24,005 bases of DNA from Candidatus Kaiserbacteria bacterium (GTDB taxonomy: Bacteria > Patescibacteriota > Minisyncoccia > Phycocordibacterales > UBA918): assembly GCA_003245875.1 (NCBI GenBank), contig QKBW01000067.1, forward strand, positions 1 to 24,005. Reading direction: 5' to 3'. Every line of letters begins with the position of its first letter. Position 1 is the stretch's first letter. Below are positions 16,904 to 24,005 of this stretch, piece by piece. Under the pieces are notes generated by a model, which saw only the letters and a list, made by a program, of their open reading frames with translations, had not been told where the DNA came from and made no database searches. The position numbers and the translations under genes are program-made.

Positions 16904-17006
16904 TAGAATGAACGGATATGCATAGGTATTGTCTGAGAAATCCCTTCGGGGTCAGTGAATAAATAGACGCCCAGCGTCCAGATTCTTAATTTTAATTTCA
17001 CTCCCT
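16904..17006 (+). promoter_or_regulatory. proS promoter and structured 5' leader
   Basis: TAGAAT at 16904-16909; CCC-TTCG-GGG hairpin (16942-16951) stacked on CTGA/TCAG; GACGC-cca-GCGTC (16966-16978) followed by a T-rich tract. Confidence 0.5.
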
Positions 17007-18272
17007 ATGAGACAATCACAACTATTTACCAAAACACGGCGCGAAGCACCGGCTGATGAACAATCAAAAAATGCACAGCTTCTCATTCGGGCTGGGTACA
17101 TTCATAAAGAAATGGCCGGTGTGTATGCTTTTTTGCCATTAGGCTTGCGAGTTTTTAACAACATCGTGGCGGTTATTCGTGACGAAATGAACAAAGCTGC
17201 TGGCCAAGAAATTACCATGACCGGTTTACAGGACCCGGCGGTCTGGCAGGCAACCGGCCGGTGGGATGACGAGGTTGTAGACGTGTGGTTCAAGACCGCA
17301 TTAAAAAATGGTTCACCTTTGGGGCTTGGCTTTACGCATGAGGAGCCTATCACTCGCATGATGAAAGATCACATCAACTCCTATAAAGATCTTCCGCAAA
17401 TGGTCTATCAGTTCCAGACAAAGTTTCGCAATGAAGTTCGCGCCAAAAGTGGCGTGATGCGCACGCGTGAGTTTGTCATGAAAGATCTGTACTCGTTTGC
17501 CAAGAGTCAGGAAGAACATGATCAACTCTACAACACTATGGCCACGGCATACGAAAATGTTTTTGCGCGCGTTGGCTTGGGTGACCGAACTTTCAAAACG
17601 TTTGCGTCCGGTGGTGTATTCTCTAAATACTCGCACGAGTATCAAACAGTAACCGATGCTGGTGAAGACATTATTTACGTCAATCGCGAGAAGGGAATAG
17701 CAATCAATGAGGAGGTTTACACAGATGAGGTGCTGGCTGACTTGGGGGTTACCAAAAACGATTTGACACAGGAAAAAGCTTCGGAGGTAGGAAACATCTT
17801 TTCTTTGGGTACACGCTTTTCTGACGCGCTCGGCTTATCATTTAAAGATGAGGCAGGTGACGAACATCCTGTCATCATGGGTTCGTACGGCATCGGACCA
17901 GCTCGCTTGATGGGTGTAGTGACTGAGAGTCTGAGTGACGAAAATGGTTTGGTATGGCCGGAAGAAATTGCACCGTTTAGCGTACACTTGGTCGCATTGA
18001 ATCTCGAAGACAGTGAAGTACGAGATTGGGCTGATGGTCTGTATGATAATCTCACTACCGCAGGCGTGGAAGTGTTGTATGACGATCGTGAAGTACGAGC
18101 GGGAGAGAAGTTTGCTGATAGTGACCTGATCGGTATTCCATACCGCGTGGTTGTCTCCAAAAAGGTTAAAGATGAAGGCTTGTTGGAGGTGGTAACGCGC
18201 GCTACTGGTGAAGTGCGTCAGCTTACGGAGGAAGAATTATTTGCTGATTTTGGTGTTTCGCGGAACGCATAG
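17007..18272 (+). CDS. proS: Prolyl-tRNA synthetase, bacterial type without the INS editing domain (421 aa)
   Basis: MRQSQLFTKT, LIRAGYI, GFTHEE, QFQTKFRNEVRAKSGVMRTREFVMKDLYSF, MGSYGIGPARL, and a C-terminal anticodon-binding domain (YDDREVRAGEKFADSDLIGIP). Confidence 0.97.
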   Translation: MRQSQLFTKTRREAPADEQSKNAQLLIRAGYIHKEMAGVYAFLPLGLRVFNNIVAVIRDEMNKAAGQEITMTGLQDPAVWQATGRWDDEVVDVWFKTALKNGSPLGLGFTHEEPITRMMKDHINSYKDLPQMVYQFQTKFRNEVRAKSGVMRTREFVMKDLYSFAKSQEEHDQLYNTMATAYENVFARVGLGDRTFKTFASGGVFSKYSHEYQTVTDAGEDIIYVNREKGIAINEEVYTDEVLADLGVTKNDLTQEKASEVGNIFSLGTRFSDALGLSFKDEAGDEHPVIMGSYGIGPARLMGVVTESLSDENGLVWPEEIAPFSVHLVALNLEDSEVRDWADGLYDNLTTAGVEVLYDDREVRAGEKFADSDLIGIPYRVVVSKKVKDEGLLEVVTRATGEVRQLTEEELFADFGVSRNA

Positions 18273-18284
18273 TACAATGCACGA

Positions 18285-19358
18285 ATGACTTGGTTGGGAA
18301 AAAAAATCCACGATGTTTTGGATTCGGTGTCTACCGATATCGGTATAGACCTTGGAACGGCAAATACCTTGGTGTATGTAAAAGGGAAAGGTATTGTCGT
18401 CAATGAACCAACAATAGTTGCACTCAATAAGAAAACCGGCCAATTGGTAGCTGTTGGCGATGCGGCAAAGACCATGATGGGGCGCACCCCGGCACACATT
18501 GATGTGGTACGACCATTGGTCGAGGGTGTTATTTCTGACTTTGAAGTGACTGAGGAAATGCTCAGTTACTTGATTAACAAAGTGCGTGGTGAGGTGAAAA
18601 CAATCGTTGCTCCTCGTGTACTTGTTGGTGTGCCGTGTGGTATTACGAATGTAGAAATGCGTGCAGCCCGCGATGCGGCACGTAATGCAGGTGCGCGTGA
18701 CGTCTTTTTGGTTTATGAACCACTGGCCGCTGCTATCGGTGCTAAGTTGCCGATTGAAAAAGCTACCGGGAGCATGATCATAGATATTGGTGGTGGTACG
18801 GCTAATATGGCAGTGATCTCCCTAGGCGGTATGGTAACTGCTAAAAACTTACGTTTGGCAGGTGACCACCTGACCGCGGCTATTGTGTCGTATATTCGTG
18901 ACCAGTTTAAAGTATTGGTAGGAGAAAAAACCGCTGAAGAGGCTAAGATCAAATTGGCTATGATTGTATCTGGTGATGACATGCGAGAAATGGTAGTCCG
19001 TGGACGTGATGTGGTTACTGGCTTACCGCGCGAGGTGGTCGTTACAGACACTGACATTCGTAATGCCATCTCGTCAGCTGTTGATACTTTGGTTGAAACA
19101 GTACGTGGCGTTCTGGAGCAAACACCGCCGGAAGTTTTGGCTGATATTATGCAGCGTGGTATTCATCTTTCCGGCGGTGGGGCACTCATACCGGGCCTGG
19201 CTGAACTGCTGGAAGAAATCATCCAGGTGCCGGTCATTGTTGTACCTGATCCCCTGCGGGCGGTAGTGCGCGGTACGGGTATAATTTTGGAAAATCTTGA
19301 TCGTTATGAAGACATACTCATCGATAACGAAGGAGAACTCACGACACAACTCACGTAG
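18285..19358 (+). CDS. mreB: Rod shape-determining protein MreB (paralog 2, in the mreBCD-pbp2 cluster)
   Basis: GIDLGTANTLV, RPLVEGVISDF, IDIGGGT and GIHLSGGGALI motifs. Confidence 0.96.
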   Translation: MTWLGKKIHDVLDSVSTDIGIDLGTANTLVYVKGKGIVVNEPTIVALNKKTGQLVAVGDAAKTMMGRTPAHIDVVRPLVEGVISDFEVTEEMLSYLINKVRGEVKTIVAPRVLVGVPCGITNVEMRAARDAARNAGARDVFLVYEPLAAAIGAKLPIEKATGSMIIDIGGGTANMAVISLGGMVTAKNLRLAGDHLTAAIVSYIRDQFKVLVGEKTAEEAKIKLAMIVSGDDMREMVVRGRDVVTGLPREVVVTDTDIRNAISSAVDTLVETVRGVLEQTPPEVLADIMQRGIHLSGGGALIPGLAELLEEIIQVPVIVVPDPLRAVVRGTGIILENLDRYEDILIDNEGELTTQLT

Positions 19359-20253
19359 TCGACTGTTTAAGTTAGTGGCTGCCGGAGGCAGCCTTGTGTT
19401 GCTGTGGTTTTTGTTTCCGGCTCTTTTTGCCGGAGTATTTTCCGGTGCCGTGTTGCTTTTAGCTTTTGTATGGGGTCATCTGGCACAAACACCGCTTACG
19501 TTTCCAGAATATTGGCAAGATAGAACAGCTTTGGTTTCTGAAATTGAAACACTGCGCGATACAGTTACCACCCAGAGTGCCGAACTCGCAGCCAGTGATT
19601 ATGCACAAACAGAGCTACAAGCTATTCGGAATACGGTTGGAGCAGCGGGTGCACCATTGGTCTTGGGGAACATCATCGCCAGACCACCTTATACTCCGTA
19701 TGATGTTCTGGTGGTCGACGTTGGTAAGGATAATGGTGTTACGGTTGGTGCCTCGGTGTACGTTGGTGCCGAGGTCGTGATCGGTACAGTTGAAGCGGTG
19801 TTTGCCAATAGTGCAGTGATAACACTCTTTAGCACCCCTGGTATACATACTAATGCCTACATTGTAGGCCCACAGTTGTATGCCGAGAGTGAAGGGCAGG
19901 GGAATGGGGTCTTGAAATTGTCCGTACCGCAAGGCGTCGCGTTGGCTGTTGGTGACCCGGTTATTTTGCCGGGTTTTGCTGCAGGGTATATCGGTCGTAT
20001 CAGCAACGTCACTTCCATTGCCACCGAGCCGGTGCAATCCGCTTATGTGACGATACCGGTTTCTGTGCAAGCATTACGCTATGTACGTATTGGTAGTGCT
20101 CCTGCCCCAGTTCCTACTATGGAAACACTGCGTGATACGGTTGCTTCTGCTCGACAGCGGCTGCAGACGTACATCGTGCATGATGTCATACCAAGCGCTA
20201 CTTCCACAGCGACCACAACGCTATCAGCCACAACCACCATTGAAGAAATATGA
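19306..20253 (+). CDS. mreC: Rod shape-determining protein MreC
   Basis: N-terminal TM segment, coiled coil, then IIARPPYTPYDVLVVDVGKDNGVTVG beta domain; position after mreB; overlaps the mreB2 3' end by 53 nt. Confidence 0.88.
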   Translation: MKTYSSITKENSRHNSRSRLFKLVAAGGSLVLLWFLFPALFAGVFSGAVLLLAFVWGHLAQTPLTFPEYWQDRTALVSEIETLRDTVTTQSAELAASDYAQTELQAIRNTVGAAGAPLVLGNIIARPPYTPYDVLVVDVGKDNGVTVGASVYVGAEVVIGTVEAVFANSAVITLFSTPGIHTNAYIVGPQLYAESEGQGNGVLKLSVPQGVALAVGDPVILPGFAAGYIGRISNVTSIATEPVQSAYVTIPVSVQALRYVRIGSAPAPVPTMETLRDTVASARQRLQTYIVHDVIPSATSTATTTLSATTTIEEI

Positions 20254-20489
20254 GATGGGTGGTTTTTCTTGCGCTATGTGCGTTTGGCGTTTTTGTACCA
20301 GCCGTGGTACTGATGTTGGCAGTATTCCTGTACGTGTTGCGCTGGGGGTGGTGGGAGATACTGTTTGCAGCATTTATTGTCGATATTTTGTTGGCAACGT
20401 CTACGTGGCCGCACTATACTTTTGGTGCTTTGATATTAAGTTTTTCGGCAGAACTCGTACGACCGCGTTTTTCATTTTATACTAGGTAG
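20250..20489 (+). CDS. Small integral membrane protein in the mreD position (79 aa)
   Basis: Almost wholly hydrophobic; ATGA-coupled to mreC and ends 1 nt before pbp2. The MreD identity is inferred from position only. Confidence 0.65.
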   Translation: MRWVVFLALCAFGVFVPAVVLMLAVFLYVLRWGWWEILFAAFIVDILLATSTWPHYTFGALILSFSAELVRPRFSFYTR

Positions 20490-20490
20490 C

Positions 20491-22176
20491 ATGTTCTCAT
20501 TCCGCAAGAAGAAGAAACAAGTTGATGTCGACGAGATATTCCTTGACGCGGCCAATGTGTCCGCTTTTAATCAAGGGCGCATGGAAGGTCGACTCGAATT
20601 GCCATTGACCACACGTAATGTATACGTGGTGGCGGTCATTTTTGCGCTTATTGCACTGTGGTTTTTTCACAAGATCTTTTTGATGCAAGTGGTCGAAGGT
20701 GCATCGTATCGCGCCCAGAGTGAACGTAACCATATTGATCAAGATGTGCTTATTGCCGAACGCGGTGTTGTGTATGACCGCAATGGTGAGCTGCTAGCCT
20801 GGAACGAGATCGGAACCAGAGATGACAGCAGCTTTCCATACCGGGCGTACACTGACCGTGCTGGTCTGGGGCAAATCGTCGGGTATGTAAGTTACCCATT
20901 GAAAGACAAGCAAGGCTTTTATTATCGTACGGAATATGTAGGGCGTAATGGCATTGAGAGTACCTACAATGATCAGCTGGCAGGCGTTAACGGTAAGCAA
21001 CTCGTTGAAGTTGATGCTAAGGGCGATGTTCTCTCAGAGCATGCCGTTGAGCGTGCCACTCCCGGTACCGAACTCCATCTTTCCATTGATGCAGAACTTT
21101 CTGAAGCGATGTATAGCATTATTGAAGCAGCTTGCGAGGAGGCCAACATACGCAGTGGTGCAGCTGCCATTATGGATGTACATACCGGGGAAATATTGGC
21201 ATTGACCAGCTTCCCATCTTACGACCCGGAAGTCATGGCTGATGGTGATGATGTGGCGCTGATAAAGCAATACAACGAAGATGTCAGGCTGCCATTTCTT
21301 AACAAGATATTGGCTGGCGTATATACGCCTGGTTCAATCGTGAAGCCCTTTGTTGCGTATGGTGCATTAGCCGAACAAGTGATCGACCCAAATAAGATCA
21401 TTGTGAGTACAGGTCAGATCGTGGTGCCGAATCCATACACACCGAGTCAGCCATCCATCTTTCGCGACTGGCGCGCACAAGGTGCTATGACCATGCGCGA
21501 AGCCATTGCATTTTCTTCTGACGTGTACTTCTACATCATTGGTGGTGGTTTTGAAGATCAGGCGGGACTCGGTATTGATAAGATGGACAAATATTTCCAT
21601 ATGTTTGGCCTTGGTTCTTCTACCGGTATTGCTTTAGCCAATGAGCAGTCCGGTGTTGTGCCGAGTCCGACATGGAAGCAGGAATTGTTTGATGAAGACT
21701 GGCGTTTGGGTGATACGTACTACACTGCTATTGGTCAGTATGGTTTCTTGACTACACCGTTGCAGATGTTACGTTCGTATGCGGCATTGGCAAATGGCGG
21801 CTATTTGCTCACGCCGCAATTGGAGCTTGGGGCGAGTGCTTCATCAACAGATCTGCATCTCAACCAAGATTATCTGCAAATCGTGCAGGAAGGTATGCGT
21901 AAAACAGTAACGCTCGATGGCGGTACCGCCCGTTCTTTGGAGAAAAATTATGTCAGTATTGCTGCCAAATCCGGTACTGCTGAGCTAGATTTCAGTAAGT
22001 CATACCTCAACTCTTGGGCGGCAGGGTATTGGCCATATGAAAAGCCACGTTATGCATTTATCCTGCTTATGGAACATGCCCCGTACACTAACCATCTGGG
22101 TGCAACTACCGTGATGGGAAGGGTTATGGATTGGATACACGAACATCATCCCGATTACCTGCAGGCAGATGAATAG
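20491..22176 (+). CDS. mrdA: Class B penicillin-binding protein 2 (transpeptidase)
   Basis: N-terminal TM segment, ERGVVYDRNG, PGSIVK (SxxK), SSDVYFY (SxD) and KSGTAE (K[ST]G) motifs. Confidence 0.92.
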   Translation: MFSFRKKKKQVDVDEIFLDAANVSAFNQGRMEGRLELPLTTRNVYVVAVIFALIALWFFHKIFLMQVVEGASYRAQSERNHIDQDVLIAERGVVYDRNGELLAWNEIGTRDDSSFPYRAYTDRAGLGQIVGYVSYPLKDKQGFYYRTEYVGRNGIESTYNDQLAGVNGKQLVEVDAKGDVLSEHAVERATPGTELHLSIDAELSEAMYSIIEAACEEANIRSGAAAIMDVHTGEILALTSFPSYDPEVMADGDDVALIKQYNEDVRLPFLNKILAGVYTPGSIVKPFVAYGALAEQVIDPNKIIVSTGQIVVPNPYTPSQPSIFRDWRAQGAMTMREAIAFSSDVYFYIIGGGFEDQAGLGIDKMDKYFHMFGLGSSTGIALANEQSGVVPSPTWKQELFDEDWRLGDTYYTAIGQYGFLTTPLQMLRSYAALANGGYLLTPQLELGASASSTDLHLNQDYLQIVQEGMRKTVTLDGGTARSLEKNYVSIAAKSGTAELDFSKSYLNSWAAGYWPYEKPRYAFILLMEHAPYTNHLGATTVMGRVMDWIHEHHPDYLQADE

Positions 22177-22215
22177 TCACCGCTATAGCACTGTACCTGT
22201 GGAAAAACGGTATGA

Positions 22216-22243
22216 TTGACCAGACCCCGTTTCTCTGTATAAT
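22216..22243 (+). promoter_or_regulatory. sigma70 promoter for greA
   Basis: TTGACC-N16-TATAAT, 24 nt upstream of ATG 22268. Confidence 0.7.
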
Positions 22244-22267
22244 TGGAGCCAATAAACCAAACTTGAT

Positions 22268-22738
22268 ATGAATGATACACACTCGTTTTTGACCAAAGAA
22301 AAATTTGAAGAGTTGAAAAAGGAGCTTGAACATTTGAAGACAGTACGACGCAAGGAGGTTGCAGAATCACTCGAGTACGCGCGTAGCCTCGGTGACCTCT
22401 CCGAGAACGCTGAGTACCAAGAGGCTCGCGACATGCAGGCTGCCATTGAAGAGCGCATTGCCCACTTGGAGAAGACCATTAAAGAAGCAAAGATCGTTGC
22501 TGGTAATCAAAAGGGTGATGTGGTCGGTCTTGGTTCTAAGGTCTGCATTCAGAAGGCGAGTGAGAAAGGAAGCATTTGTTACACTATAGTAGGAGCGGAG
22601 GAGGCCAATATTCAAGAACACAAGCTCTCATATCTCTCACCACTCGGTGAGGCGCTCATGGGGAAGGGTAAGGGCGAGGAGATCCAGTTTGAAACACCAA
22701 ATGGAAAGCAGAAGTACGCGGTATTGAGTGTTGAATAA
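22268..22738 (+). CDS. greA: Transcription elongation factor GreA
   Basis: LTKEKFEELKKEL, ARSLGDLSENAEY and SYLSPLGEALMGK motifs. Confidence 0.97.
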   Translation: MNDTHSFLTKEKFEELKKELEHLKTVRRKEVAESLEYARSLGDLSENAEYQEARDMQAAIEERIAHLEKTIKEAKIVAGNQKGDVVGLGSKVCIQKASEKGSICYTIVGAEEANIQEHKLSYLSPLGEALMGKGKGEEIQFETPNGKQKYAVLSVE

Positions 22739-22751
22739 AGTTAAGGCAAAG

Positions 22752-22792
22752 CATACAGCGCGCCGACAACTACGTTGTCGGCGCGCTGTATG
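22752..22792. terminator. Perfect 19-bp inverted repeat between greA and lysS
   Basis: CATACAGCGCGCCGACAAC-tac-GTTGTCGGCGCGCTGTATG, followed by TTTG and then TACGAT (22798-22803). Confidence 0.75.
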
Positions 22793-22812
22793 TTTGTTAC
22801 GATAGTCGTATT

Positions 22813-24005
22813 ATGTCATCACAAGCAGAAATCAAAGAGGAACGGTTGCGCAAGCGCGCCATTTTGGAGTCAGCTGGCATGGATCCGTATGCCGCTAAGA
22901 CTGAGCGAACGCATACCATCAAAGCCATCCTGGATGACTTTGAAGCGCTTGCTGATGACGAAGCCGCATGTGTGGTAGCGGGACGTATCATAGCATTGCG
23001 ACGCCATGGCGGTTCTGCTTTTGCTGATATCTTTGATGGCACCGGTCGGCTGCAGGTCTTTTTCTCTCGCGATGCGATCGGTTTGAAACTTTTTGATCTA
23101 CTTAACGATGCTATTGACCCCGGCGACTTTATTGAAGTAAAAGGTACGGTTTTCCAGACCAATCGTGGCGCGGAAGCAGTTGCTGCCTCTGATTGGCGCA
23201 TCCTTACCAAGGCGCTATCCAATTTACCGACTGAGCACTTTGGTATCAAGGATGAAGATGAACGTTACCGTAAACGCTATCTTGATATCTTGCTTGATCC
23301 AGAGTTGCGCGATTTGTTGGCAAAAAAAGCCCATTTCTGGGAAGTGACCCGCCGCTTTTTGACCGAGCACAACTTCTTGGAAGTAGAGACGCCAACTATT
23401 GAGCTCACAACCGGCGGTGCCGAAGCGCGGCCGTTCAAGACACATCATAATGATTTTGATATTGATGTCTTTATGCGTATTTCGGTCGGAGAGCTTTGGC
23501 AGAAACGTTTGATGGCGGCTGGGCTACCTAAAACATTTGAAATTGGTCGCGTATACCGCAATGAAGGTACGAGTCCGGAGCATTTGCAGGAGTTTACTAA
23601 CATGGAGTTTTATTGGGCGTACGCAGACTATCGTGATGGTATGGAGCTTATTAAAGAAATGTACCAAACGATTGCCAAAGAGGTGTTTGGTACCACGAAA
23701 TTTACCACGCGCGGACACACCTTTGATCTGGCTGACGAATGGGTAGAGATAGATTATGTGAAAGAGATCAAAGATCGTACTGGTATTGATGTAACCAAGG
23801 CGACTGAGGTAGAGATGGCAGCGACTGCTACCGAGCTTGGTATCAAGTTTGATGGTAACAATCGCGAGCGTTTAACCGATACACTTTGGAAGTATTGTCG
23901 TAAGCAGATAGCTGGCCCGGCATTCTTAGTGAACCATCCGTTGGTGGTGGCACCATTGGCAAAGAAGAAAGATGGAGCTGTAGCACAAATGTTCCAACCG
24001 ATCAT
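22813..24005 (+). CDS. lysS: Lysyl-tRNA synthetase class II, 3'-truncated (absent from the ORF track)
   Basis: Manual translation from ATG 22813: MSSQAEIKEERLRK..., VAGRIIALRRHGGSAF, RYRKRYLD, FLEVETP, GGAEARPFKTHHN, FEIGRVYRNEG...HLQEFT. Confidence 0.97.
   Translation, partial: MSSQAEIKEERLRKRAILESAGMDPYAAKTERTHTIKAILDDFEALADDEAACVVAGRIIALRRHGGSAFADIFDGTGRLQVFFSRDAIGLKLFDLLNDAIDPGDFIEVKGTVFQTNRGAEAVAASDWRILTKALSNLPTEHFGIKDEDERYRKRYLDILLDPELRDLLAKKAHFWEVTRRFLTEHNFLEVETPTIELTTGGAEARPFKTHHNDFDIDVFMRISVGELWQKRLMAAGLPKTFEIGRVYRNEGTSPEHLQEFTNMEFYWAYADYRDGMELIKEMYQTIAKEVFGTTKFTTRGHTFDLADEWVEIDYVKEIKDRTGIDVTKATEVEMAATATELGIKFDGNNRERLTDTLWKYCRKQIAGPAFLVNHPLVVAPLAKKKDGAVAQMFQPI

Noticed and set aside
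16933-16978. TPP riboswitch resemblance (CTGAGAAAT-CCC ... CCAGCGT)
   Set aside because: Lacks the 5' GGGG P2 strand, the ACCUGAU segment and the closing AGGGA; the CCC pairs locally in a UUCG hairpin, and proS is not a thiamine gene.
16910-17006. T-box riboswitch upstream of proS
   Set aside because: Leader is only about 90 nt, with no GGTGGNACC T-box motif and no recognisable Stem I.
51-24005. Numerous 60-200 aa alternative-frame and antisense ORFs (e.g. 7702-8295, 13290-13874, 2235-2744, 22797-23249)
   Set aside because: They lie within well-supported genes, have no recognisable motifs and look like codon-bias shadows.
1-24005. Alternative genetic code 25 (TGA=Gly)
   Set aside because: frr, the holB-like gene and mreC end in TGA at the expected positions, with ATGA coupling at frr/rseP and mreC/next gene, and no conserved gene is interrupted by TGA.

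Overview
Chromosomal window of a reduced-genome bacterium. Gene content and protein style (degenerate PriA and HolB, short ProRS, DUF5663-like protein, two mreB copies, collapsed frr-rseP-proS) suggest Patescibacteria/CPR, most likely Parcubacteria; this is an inference. TGA is used as stop, so the code is standard code 11. Gene order: mutM(partial)-hpf-orphan ORF >< fmt-def-priA-murA <> mreB1-[VirD4/TraD-like ATPase, glycine-zipper/LysM-like protein, DUF5663-like protein, Pro/Thr-rich protein]-holB-frr-rseP-proS-mreB2-mreC-mreD-like-pbp2-greA-lysS(partial). No rRNA, tRNA, CRISPR array, transposase or integrase was seen. Main points of interest: (1) a four-gene module built around a coupling-protein-like ATPase with no conjugation genes nearby, possibly a host-contact or translocation system; (2) a TANNNT -10 box 6-11 nt before the ATG of 12 genes, implying pervasive leaderless mRNAs, with GC-rich hairpins sitting where -35 should be in four promoters; (3) a basic orphan ORF with the only perfect Shine-Dalgarno I noticed, flanked on both sides by the same TACATT-N5-AATGTA palindrome and followed by a near-perfect three-way-junction structure; (4) a PriA that has lost its ATPase motifs and one of its two Zn sites; (5) a structured proS leader containing a short uORF.
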